In this document: one piece after another, positions 1-7,628 of the stretch
Layout of the letters: each line of letters begins with the position of its first letter
Numbering within the stretch: the stretch's first letter is position 1
Source: an uncultured Clostridia bacterium
Lineage (GTDB): Bacteria > Bacillota > Clostridia > Christensenellales > QALW01
Assembly (NCBI GenBank): GCA_958448705.1
Contig: CAUDEY010000009.1
Location: 3,010-67,009, forward strand
Reading direction: 5' to 3'
DNA length: 64,000 nt
Position numbers and translations under genes: made by a program
The notes under the pieces: generated by a model
What the model was told of the DNA's origin: nothing
Seen by the model: the letters and a program-made list of their open reading frames with translations, nothing else
Database searches by the model: none

Positions 1-392
1 ATAATTTTGCTCGGAATGAACGCTCGCGCGCAGCGGGACATTATTTTTGCCAGGTTTGCCCGGTGCCTGTAACTTTTTTAGGGTGGGAGATAGGTTACGA
101 TGTGGTCACCGGCGGTATCCTGGACAAAAGGGATATTCTTTATAAAGTACTCTGCGATCACAACTCACCCAATGGCAGAAGTTCCTGGGATCCAATGCTT
201 GCGTTGATGGCGGTCATAGGAAAGGAAGAAAAAGCCGGATATGATGTGGTTCGCGGTACGGCAAGTGTTAATGCAAGCAGTGGGGCCAATCAATTTTGCG
301 TGAAGGAAAGCGGAAAGCATTTTTATGTTATGAAAAAAAGAAATAACGAGTATTACCGAGACTTAATTGATAAAAAAATTCAATCTATTTAA
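1..392 (+). CDS. 3' fragment of a hypothetical protein (possibly nucleoside-hydrolase-like); the 5' end lies outside the window
   Basis: Frame 3 is open from the window edge to the stop at 390-392. The only recognisable motif is RSSWDPMLALMAV, which weakly resembles nucleoside-hydrolase-like proteins. Confidence 0.45.
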   Translation, partial: NFARNERSRAAGHYFCQVCPVPVTFLGWEIGYDVVTGGILDKRDILYKVLCDHNSPNGRSSWDPMLALMAVIGKEEKAGYDVVRGTASVNASSGANQFCVKESGKHFYVMKKRNNEYYRDLIDKKIQSI

Positions 393-606
393 AAATTTTT
401 TCGTTTTTTCCTCTGTTCTTTTTGAAAACCACTGTGCCGTGTCAAAACGGGGGCGTCCGTTTTAATTTTTGGTATCAAAAATTCATTCTGCGCCGCACGC
501 GTTCTCTTTATTCCCCAAAGGTTACGCTTGCATCCATACGGTATTTTTTAGGAAAGCTTGAAATTCTCTAACAGGTTGTGCTATTAGACCTCAAGGCGGT
601 GATTTT

Positions 607-1140
607 TTGAAAAAAATAAAAGAATCGTTGTTCTTTATCGTTTCTCTTATCCTTCTGACAGGTTTATCGGCTTTTCTTTTTACCAGAGAGGAGAACACCT
701 ATTTGCGGGATACTTTTGGGAATGCTGCTTTTTGGCGTTTTGCTTGGAGCGGGTACGCAAAAGCAATGGCTGTCTCCTTTGTTCCGGTTCTTCTGCTTGC
801 CTTTTTTCGGTATGCGCTTAAAGGGAGGTTTTATCATAGCTTCCTGTTTTGTTCTTTATGGAATGTGATTTTAAGCAGCGTTTTTGCAGCCGTTGTTCTT
901 ATTTTGGATAAGATTCGTATATTCGGGGTTCCGATGGCAGCATATGATTCAAGCTCTTTGGTGCATCCAACGGTATCCGTCTGGCAGGGAATAACAGGCC
1001 TGGACATCGCTGTCGCCCTGCAGATAGGGGTTTTCGTCTCTTTTGTATTTTGGATGCTCGAATTGCTTTTTAGCCGGAAGAAAAAAGACGATGCGGATAA
1101 GGTCCCGCAATTGATCGATCCTGTATCTAAGCCGGAATGA
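607..1140 (+). CDS. hypothetical integral membrane protein (about 4 TM segments)
   Basis: 177-aa ORF with a TTG start preceded by GGTGA. It has several long hydrophobic segments and no recognisable family motif. Confidence 0.5.
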   Translation: MKKIKESLFFIVSLILLTGLSAFLFTREENTYLRDTFGNAAFWRFAWSGYAKAMAVSFVPVLLLAFFRYALKGRFYHSFLFCSLWNVILSSVFAAVVLILDKIRIFGVPMAAYDSSSLVHPTVSVWQGITGLDIAVALQIGVFVSFVFWMLELLFSRKKKDDADKVPQLIDPVSKPE

Positions 1141-1316
1141 ACGGAAGCTTTCGTTTTACAGAAAGACGGAGCTGGTTTCCTTTTGTTTCTTTGCCGCTGC
1201 ATTTTTTATTCTATTCTGAAAATCCTTTTTCTCTGCGGGAAGAGGGAAAAAGGCATTCGGCCGGACGTGCAGAAAACGGGAATAGTTTCGGCTTCCCTTT
1301 TCGGGGCAGGAGCAGA

Positions 1317-2030
1317 TTATTCTGCCGATTGCTGCATCTGCTGTTTTTTTCTTTTTGACCAGCTGATAAAGCCGTAGATATCATTGATAAAAAACAGCAG
1401 AAAGCAGATTATAACGGACAGATAAGACGCGTCCTCTAAGGCGGCCATCGTCCATAAAACAATTAAAACGGCGTCGTTTAACGCATAGGCGAGCGCATAA
1501 TAAGCGCTTCTTCGAAACGTTAGATAGGAGGCAAGAAAGCTTGTAGCCACCGATACGGTGCTGGGAATCAAATTCGCGGTATGAAGCGCAGCGAGAATAA
1601 AGTAAAAAGCGAAGGTTACGGCAGCCGTTAAAGCAAACATAAAAACGGTTTCCCGACGGTTGAGCTTGTTGATTTTTACTTGCGCTTTATTTCCGTTGTA
1701 GGGGTTTTTCAGCCAGGATATCCATGAAAAAACTGCCATGGGCAGGGTCATGCCCAGATAGGTGATCATCTCCCCATAATAGGCGAATGTAAAGGAGATT
1801 GCGCCGTATAACAGACTGAAGAGGATGATGAGCAGCTGACCGAAGGGATGGCCTTTTGCGCAAAAGATCAGGGAGGTCACGCCGATCAGGGAGGATAGAA
1901 GCGTGAAATAATTTTCTCTGTCAAACAGCAAAAACGACAGGAGAATACAACAAACGGAGATTCCCCAAAGTGCCAGCTCGCCCTTGGAAAAATAATGTAT
2001 CGTTGATTTTATTTTTTGGAACATAAACAA
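1317..2030 (-). CDS. pnuC: PnuC-family nicotinamide riboside / NMN-type transporter
   Basis: 237-aa polytopic protein. Its layout and motifs are typical of PnuC (FCAKGHPFGQ, WISWLKNP, C-terminal NDxYGFxSW). GGAGGGA RBS upstream of the ATG. Confidence 0.8.
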   Translation of the reverse strand: MFMFQKIKSTIHYFSKGELALWGISVCCILLSFLLFDRENYFTLLSSLIGVTSLIFCAKGHPFGQLLIILFSLLYGAISFTFAYYGEMITYLGMTLPMAVFSWISWLKNPYNGNKAQVKINKLNRRETVFMFALTAAVTFAFYFILAALHTANLIPSTVSVATSFLASYLTFRRSAYYALAYALNDAVLIVLWTMAALEDASYLSVIICFLLFFINDIYGFISWSKRKKQQMQQSAE

Positions 2031-2038
2031 TCCCTCCT

Positions 2039-2125
2039 AAAAAAACAAGCACCCGCAAGCATATCTTCAAAGACCTAACGATATGCTTTCGGATGCTTTT
2101 CGCATCTCTGCCCGGTGGCAGGTTG
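2039..2125 (-). promoter_or_regulatory. transcription-attenuation leader (candidate riboswitch, class unassigned) of pnuC
   Basis: The minus strand carries hairpin CTGCC-ACCG-GGCAG and hairpin GATGC-GAAAA-GCATC. The second hairpin competes with a 19-bp terminator stem (AAGCATCCGAAAGCATATC / GATATGCTTGCGGGTGCTT) followed by a U-run just before the RBS. Confidence 0.55.
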
Positions 2126-2130
2126 ACTAT

Positions 2131-2159
2131 AGTATAGCATGCCCTCGGTTAAATGGCAA
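2131..2159 (-). promoter_or_regulatory. sigma-A-type promoter of pnuC
   Basis: Minus strand reads TTGCCA, a 17-nt spacer, then TATACT. Confidence 0.6.
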
Positions 2160-2266
2160 CCTGTTTTTGTGATTTTTTGTCCATGAGACGGCAAGAGCAT
2201 AGCTTTGGAAGGAAACGGTAGGAACTTTTTTTCTTCTGTGCCTTTGAAGTTTGCCGCGAGAAATAG

Positions 2267-2294
2267 AAAAAGTCCAATAAAATTGGACTTTTTT
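2267..2294. terminator. bidirectional intrinsic terminator downstream of the isomerase gene
   Basis: AAAA-AGTCCAAT-aaa-ATTGGACT-TTTTTT. A perfect 8-bp stem flanked by an A-run and a T-run. Confidence 0.6.
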
Positions 2295-2397
2295 ATACAG
2301 AGGACTGCCGCTTTCTTACTGGAAAAGGAAAAACGGCGCGTTTGGCTTTGAAACCTGCCCTTGGGGATTCTCCAAGGAGAAACGGCAGGAAGTCGGG

Positions 2398-3900
2398 TTA
2401 TAGAATCACATATTCGGCCGAAAGCAGCTGAGCTACTTTTTCAAATAACGCGGCGTTTTTGCCTACGCTCATGGCCAAATGATGGGTGGGCGCATAGCGG
2501 AACCATTGGTCCATATAGCTGTCCGGGTCAGTTTTAAAACGGATGTGCGTCTGCGTATTTCCGATGGTTAAAATCGGGTGGCGGATGGCCTCGGCCTCGC
2601 TGATAATTATCCGTAGATTTCCCTCGGCAGTCTGGGTCAGCCCTAACAGGGTAACGTCGCCGGCCACGACGTTGGCCTCTACCGAAATGCCGCTGCCCTT
2701 TTTGCCGTGATAAACGCCCATGCCGCGCAGAACGGGCTTACCGTCGCTTATTTTAATATGGAAGGGACCGTCGTGCCCTAAAATAATACTGCCTACCACG
2801 TAATCGGTCGCTACGATTTCACAGAAGCTGCCGCCGGTATTTAAAATATCACAAATCTTCATCGCCACGCCGGTTTTGATGTCGCCTTCGCCTGCACAGG
2901 GGATGCCGGCCGCCGTTAAAAGCGAGTGGCCTACAATAAAGCCGGACTGCAGATCTTCATAGGGGTAGCCGTCGCTGCTGTGGTAGTAGTAGGAGAGCGC
3001 GTCTAAGTCATAGGCCTTTACCATCTTTTCCTGGGCACAGGCCACCTTGGCAGACCATTCCAGCTGCTGGGGCGTGGGCTTGCGCACCCGCGGATCAGAG
3101 GGGGAGTCTCCCTCAATGCGGAAGAAATCCGAAATAACGCTGAGCTTTTCCTGCACCTGGTCGGGGGTAACTTCATCCATATAGCGCTGAAGGTCGCACA
3201 TTTCCAAAATTTCCACATGCAGCCCTAACTGTGCCTGCAGCATGGTAAAATCGCTGTACATATCCAGCATACCGCTGTAGTTGTTGCCCAAAAAGCCCAT
3301 GCGGGTATGGCGCAGCGCCCGCTTTACGCCGGCGGCGCGCGTCCACTGCTCGATCTCCTTCCAGGCTTTTATGGCTTCGGGCCGGGCGGCAGTACATTCA
3401 TCGGAAACGGCAAAATCGGGCTGTTCTTCTAACCCCAGCAGACCGTTGACGATATGGCAGGGGATCCTGGCCCGGTTAAACGCGTTGGCGATTTCGGGAA
3501 TCGGGCAGGCTACGCACTGGGCCAGCCATTCGTCCGTAGAGGTTTTGGCATAGTTCATCTGCACGGCGGGCTGCAGGTTCAAGATCACCACAGGCGCTGT
3601 ACATTGCTGGTGCACCGGCAGTACGGTGGAGCTGGTAAAGTACGTGGCCGCATGGCAGAAAATCAGGTCCACGTTATGGCTGTTGAACCATTCGCCGGCG
3701 GCGCGGCCGCTGGTTTCGTCATCTACCAAGCCTAAGTTATAGACGTCCGCCCATTGCGAGATCTTGGCTTCAATAAAACGGTTATAGCAGAGCAGCCGTT
3801 CGCGCATGCCTTCGAATTGGGCCCAATAGGCATGCAGTCCTGCACTGTAAAGGCCGATTCGTGGCCGGGGCGAGGGTTTCAGCTTGGAAATTGTTTGCAT
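2398..3900 (-). CDS. L-arabinose isomerase (AraA/FucI superfamily) family protein
   Basis: 500 aa, the same length as AraA. Motifs align with E. coli AraA regions (AGEGDIKTG vs GEGDWKTA; APTHHLAMS vs GAHHTVFS). Confidence 0.75.
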   Translation of the reverse strand: MQTISKLKPSPRPRIGLYSAGLHAYWAQFEGMRERLLCYNRFIEAKISQWADVYNLGLVDDETSGRAAGEWFNSHNVDLIFCHAATYFTSSTVLPVHQQCTAPVVILNLQPAVQMNYAKTSTDEWLAQCVACPIPEIANAFNRARIPCHIVNGLLGLEEQPDFAVSDECTAARPEAIKAWKEIEQWTRAAGVKRALRHTRMGFLGNNYSGMLDMYSDFTMLQAQLGLHVEILEMCDLQRYMDEVTPDQVQEKLSVISDFFRIEGDSPSDPRVRKPTPQQLEWSAKVACAQEKMVKAYDLDALSYYYHSSDGYPYEDLQSGFIVGHSLLTAAGIPCAGEGDIKTGVAMKICDILNTGGSFCEIVATDYVVGSIILGHDGPFHIKISDGKPVLRGMGVYHGKKGSGISVEANVVAGDVTLLGLTQTAEGNLRIIISEAEAIRHPILTIGNTQTHIRFKTDPDSYMDQWFRYAPTHHLAMSVGKNAALFEKVAQLLSAEYVIL

Positions 3901-3911
3901 AAATATTCTCC

Positions 3912-5042
3912 TTATCCTTCAAAAACTTTTTTTATGGCTTCTAAATATGCGTAGCCGTATTCGGTATCCGGCTCTAAATAGCTGCCCTCGGTCCATTCGT
4001 TCCAGGCGTTGATCACAAACATTTTAGTGTTTAACTGGCTGCAATCCAGGTAATCCTTTGCCAACTGCAGACCGGCTTCAAAATCTTTGGGCGAGGTGTC
4101 CATTACGTTGCAGAAGGGATACTCCAGCGGCTCAATCACGTCGGTTTGGGCACACCGGGGCGTGGAATCCCAGCCCATGGAAACATTGGGGTAGTAGGGC
4201 AGCAGCTTGCTGGAGCCTAACCGCTTGGTAATGGCGCGCATCTGTTCCAGTGCGCTTTGATAGGAGCCGATGGGATATTCGGATTGCACATAGTGAAACC
4301 AAACGTAGGAGGTCATGCTGTCAAAGCCCAGCTGATAAAGGATTTCGTCATTCAGAATCAGATTCGTATCTTCGCCGGTGCGCAGAATGGGCCATTCGAT
4401 TAAAATACCGTTGAGGTGCAGCTTTCCCAGCCCCGCGTTTTTGACGCGTTCACGGAAGTCGTTCAGAACGCGTTTTGCTTCTTCGATGCCGCCCATCTCC
4501 TGTAAAAACAGGGGCAGATCATAAATGGAAAAATACAGACCGCCGTCTACCCGCCAGTAGGAGGGATGGCTGAAATAGTGCTCGATCACATAATCGGTCA
4601 GCTTAATAAACGCGGCTTCGTCCTGCACGCAGGGATAGATGGTGTAGGGCGGCGTGCTGCGCTTTTTGGGGTACAGCTCCATCCAGTGGTGGTTGCACCA
4701 CATCAGTGAAAAGCGAAAATCTTTTGCGTTGCGGGCCTTTAAAAAGCCCTCCTCCAAGGCGCGCTCCAAAAAGGGCTTGCCTTCGTACCAGTACCAGTCA
4801 AAGATAAAGGAGGAAATGCCGTATTCCAAAGCGGCGGCAATCTTTTTTTCCATCACCTCCGGCTTGGATTCGTCCTCATAGCCCCATAGAGGAACCTTAG
4901 GCTGTTTATGGCCGGGAAAGTGCGGGCGCGCTCCTTTCAGGATGTCCCACTCCGTCCAGCCCTTGCCGTGCAGTGCCTCATTGCGGGCATCCGGATGCCA
5001 GTTGGGGAAATAATAAACACCGATTTCATAACCTTTTGCCAT
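3912..5042 (-). CDS. WbsX-family / GH99-like domain protein, cytoplasmic (no signal peptide)
   Basis: The N-terminus YYFPNWHPD...GKGWTEWD...HKQPKVPLWGYEDES and the motif AWNEWTEGSYLEP are typical of the Glyco_tran_WbsX / GH99-like family. Confidence 0.75.
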   Translation of the reverse strand: MAKGYEIGVYYFPNWHPDARNEALHGKGWTEWDILKGARPHFPGHKQPKVPLWGYEDESKPEVMEKKIAAALEYGISSFIFDWYWYEGKPFLERALEEGFLKARNAKDFRFSLMWCNHHWMELYPKKRSTPPYTIYPCVQDEAAFIKLTDYVIEHYFSHPSYWRVDGGLYFSIYDLPLFLQEMGGIEEAKRVLNDFRERVKNAGLGKLHLNGILIEWPILRTGEDTNLILNDEILYQLGFDSMTSYVWFHYVQSEYPIGSYQSALEQMRAITKRLGSSKLLPYYPNVSMGWDSTPRCAQTDVIEPLEYPFCNVMDTSPKDFEAGLQLAKDYLDCSQLNTKMFVINAWNEWTEGSYLEPDTEYGYAYLEAIKKVFEG

Positions 5043-5197
5043 CTTTTTACCTCCAATATATAAATTTATTGCGGAACATTTGGCAGAATCAAAAAAATGG
5101 AATATAATACGGATATCAATATTTTATACGGGTGTACAAACCTTGTCATTCGTAAATATTGCTAAAATATTGAACAAAATTGCTACGGAGGACTATT

Positions 5198-6046
5198 ATG
5201 TATCAGGAATATCATATGGATGTAGAGCCGCGCTCAATTTGGAAGATTGCGCCGGAGCTTTCTCCTCGGCAAAAAGCAAAGCCGCCGTTTTTGGCAATGG
5301 AGGCGGGCAAATTTTATGCAAGGGCGGAATATTTTACGGTTCGCCGGGATAAAAATGATAAGCTTTTATTGTTTACGGTTTCCGGTGCGGGGCGTATTTA
5401 TACGGAAGAAAAACAATATCTTTTGAAGGCGGGCGAAGGGACGATGATCGATTGCCGCAAATACCATCGCTATGAAACCGCCGGGAAGGAAGTTTGGCAA
5501 TTCTATTGGGTACATTTCCGGGGGGATGAAAACGGCTTTTATCAGGATCTGATCTGCCGGAATTCTAATATATGGGCTTACCCTAAAAAAACAACAGAAG
5601 CCCTGGAGGAACTGCTGGAGCAGATCCATTTTACCGACAGCCTTGCCCTTTCCCGGCGCAGCCACCTTTTAGAGAATCTGCTTTTTGCCGCCGGAGTTTC
5701 CCGGTCGGAGGCGCAGGGGACTTCCGCGGTACGCAGCGCGGTGGATATTGCGGTAAATTATATGCAGGCGCATTATGCGGAAAATCTGGGACTGGAGCAG
5801 CTGGCGGAGCAGGTACATTTATCCAAATATCATTTTCTTCGCTTGTTTAAAGACGCAATGCAGACGACACCGCATCAGTATCTGCTGATGCTGCGGGTCA
5901 ACGAGGCGAAGAAGCTTCTGCGCACCACAAATGAGAATTTAACGTCTGTTTGTGTGCGGACAGGCTTTGCCGATGAAGGACATTTCTGCCGCACGTTTAA
6001 ACGCATTACGGGTCAGACGCCTTACCAGTATCGGAGAACGATGTGA
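5198..6046 (+). CDS. AraC-family transcriptional regulator (cupin sensor + HTH)
   Basis: ATG at 5198 lies 5 nt after a GGAGGA RBS, and the ORF-track TTG at 5180 lacks an RBS. The C-terminal HTH_AraC signature is LSKYHFLRLFK...TGFADEGHFCRTFKRITGQTPYQYR. It is divergent from the 3912-5042 operon. Confidence 0.85.
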   Translation: MYQEYHMDVEPRSIWKIAPELSPRQKAKPPFLAMEAGKFYARAEYFTVRRDKNDKLLLFTVSGAGRIYTEEKQYLLKAGEGTMIDCRKYHRYETAGKEVWQFYWVHFRGDENGFYQDLICRNSNIWAYPKKTTEALEELLEQIHFTDSLALSRRSHLLENLLFAAGVSRSEAQGTSAVRSAVDIAVNYMQAHYAENLGLEQLAEQVHLSKYHFLRLFKDAMQTTPHQYLLMLRVNEAKKLLRTTNENLTSVCVRTGFADEGHFCRTFKRITGQTPYQYRRTM

Positions 6047-6063
6047 CCTAAAAACATAGTTTT

Positions 6064-6760
6064 CTCTCCCTCAGCCTCGCTGAAGCTCGGCAGCTCCCTC
6101 ATCAGAGGGAGCCGGGAGAAAGAAAATATGTCGGTTGTTTGGCAGAAGGGACCGAGAGGGCAAAAATCAATTTTTTTGCGCTCCAGGCTCCCCATGTCAG
6201 GGGAGCTGTTGCCGCAGGCGACGGAGGGGTGTGTGCGCTTTGCTTTTTCTCCTACAGCCTCGCGAATGCTCGGCAGCTCCCTCGTCAGAGGGAGCCGGCA
6301 AAAATCTGCCGGTTGTTTAGCAAAAGGAAGCGAAAGGGCAAAAATCAATTTTTTTGCGCTTCAGGCTCCCCATGTCAGGGGAGCTGGCGCCGCAGGCGAC
6401 TGAGGGGTAGTTTTAAGGTTCCTTTCTCTCCCACAGCCTCGCGAATGCTCGGCAGCTCCCTCATCAGAGGGAGCCGGGAGAAAAATCTGCCGGTTGTTTA
6501 GCAAAAGGAAGCGAGAGGGCAAAAATCAATTTTTTTGCGCTCCAGGCTCCCCATGTCAGGGGAGCTGTCGCCGCAGGCGACGGAGGGGTAGTGTGCGCTT
6601 TGCTTTCTCTCCCACAGCCTCGCTGAAGCTCGGCAGCTCCCTCATCAGAGGGAGCCGGGAGAAAAATCTGCCGGTTGTTTAGCAGAAGGAAGCGAGAGGG
6701 CAAAAATCAATTCTTTTGCGCTTCAGGCTCCCCATGTCAGGGGAGCTGTCGCCCCCGTAG
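6064..6760 (+). repeat. tandem array of ~3.9 copies of a ~181-bp modular palindromic unit (REP/BIME-like)
   Basis: The CAGCCT landmark recurs at 6072, 6255, 6434 and 6615, giving periods of 183, 179 and 181 bp. Each unit carries four hairpins: GCTCCCTC-ATCA-GAGGGAGC, GCAAAAA-TCAA-TTTTTGC, GCTCCCC-ATGTCA-GGGGAGC and GTCGCC-GCAG-GCGAC. Confidence 0.95.
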
Positions 6761-6762
6761 GC

Positions 6763-7314
6763 TGCGGGAAAACGGTATTGAGCCTCAGCGCGGCGCCAAG
6801 CAGGAGGGAGAAAAAAATAGGATTGCAGAGGCTCTTGCAGAGGCCTTGCTTTTTTTCTCCCCGGGGAATCAAAATCATTACGCCCCAAGTGTAAACGGCC
6901 AGGTTCAGCGGCAGAATATAGAGCATATACTGGTACAGAGCTTCTTTGCCTAAAATTGCTGGTACAATGGCGTTGCCCATAAAAGAAAAGTTTGCAAAGG
7001 AGAGCGCATAGCGATAGATCTTGCGCGGATAGGCGTCTTGGGTGAAAAGGCGCGAAAGCGGTTTTGCGATAACGAGCGCGATTGTCAGGATCAGCGCGCA
7101 ATAGAGAATCAGCTGATACTGCTGGCTGATGGAAGATACGGTGCAGTACTGCATAAAGGTACTGGGGATCAGCGCGGGTACAAAAAAATAATTTTTCAGT
7201 TTCGAAAGTATCTCGGCTGCGTTTTCGGGTATAAGACGCTTCTTTTTGACAGTAAAGACGGAGGGCCATGCATAAAAATATGACCAGCACAGGGGTAAAG
7301 GTGGTTTCCTGCAT
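6763..7314 (-). pseudogene. AEC-family (auxin efflux carrier-like) transporter pseudogene, frameshifted and 3'-truncated
   Basis: The ATG at 7314 has an RBS and gives MQETTFTPVLVIFL. AEC-like sequence then continues in another frame (VFTVKKKRLIPENAAEILSKL...MGNAIVPAILGKEALYQYMLYILPLNL...NPIFFSLLLGAALRL). It runs straight into the repeat array after ~180 codons, whereas family members are ~300 aa. Confidence 0.6.
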
Positions 7315-7457
7315 ACGGATACGTCCTTTCTGTTCCGGCTCCTATTCTACTGCAATCTGCTGCATTTGACAAGGATAAAATACGGATTTCCCGCAGGGGT
7401 GACTGCTGTGCATGGAAATACGTCCGGCCGCGGTGAAAAAATTTTTTTAAAGCTTAA

Positions 7458-7506
7458 AAACCTATTGACAAAGTATGTTAATAGGTTTATAATCATATCA
7501 ACCTAT
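7458..7506 (+). promoter_or_regulatory. consensus promoter with an overlapping 9-bp perfect inverted repeat (candidate operator) for the metY operon
   Basis: The promoter is TTGACA (7465-7470), a 17-nt spacer, then TATAAT (7488-7493). AAACCTATT (7458-7466) and AATAGGTTT (7480-7488) are perfect inverted repeats. A third half-site AACCTAT lies at 7500-7506. Confidence 0.65.
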
Positions 7507-7628
7507 CAGAAAGGTGTGTTGATAATGAAAAAAGACCCTGCGTCCTTTGCAGCGTGGTTAAGCGGGCGAATGCGTCGTTACGATGTGTGAGAATGAAAAG
7601 AGGAGATCAAAAGGAAAGGAAAAAAACT

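Noticed and set aside
1137-1377. ORFs 1137-1358 and 1183-1377 between the membrane-protein gene and pnuC
   Set aside because: They have no RBS and are low-complexity. One overlaps the pnuC 3' end, and the region is more likely a convergent terminator zone.
6064-6760. Possible CRISPR array, because of regularly spaced palindromic repeats
   Set aside because: The segments between the hairpins are as conserved as the hairpins, so there are no unique spacers. The period is ~181 bp rather than ~60-75 bp. No cas genes are present in the window.
6022-6953. Seven overlapping ORFs of 61-120 aa from the ORF track (6022-6348, 6128-6403, 6135-6320, 6139-6501, 6464-6703, 6494-6682, 6675-6953), plus 27799-28005, 49912-50349 and 50258-50506, considered as protein-coding genes
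   Set aside because: They are translations of the repeat units in several frames and on both strands (recurring strings such as GSPCQGSCRRRR and ARQLPHQREP). They have no RBS and no start-codon context, and they mutually overlap.
7494-7628. S-box (SAM-I) or T-box riboswitch in the metY leader, and the ORF 7366-7590 or mini-ORF 7525-7590 as genes
   Set aside because: The S-box cores (GGAGGGA, GCAACC, closing AGATAAG) are absent. Only a partial T-box-like string (GTGGTTAAGCGGG) is present, and the leader is too short for Stem I. The 74-aa ORF spans the promoter itself. The 21-codon ORF has no Met or Cys enrichment, so I keep it only as a note.
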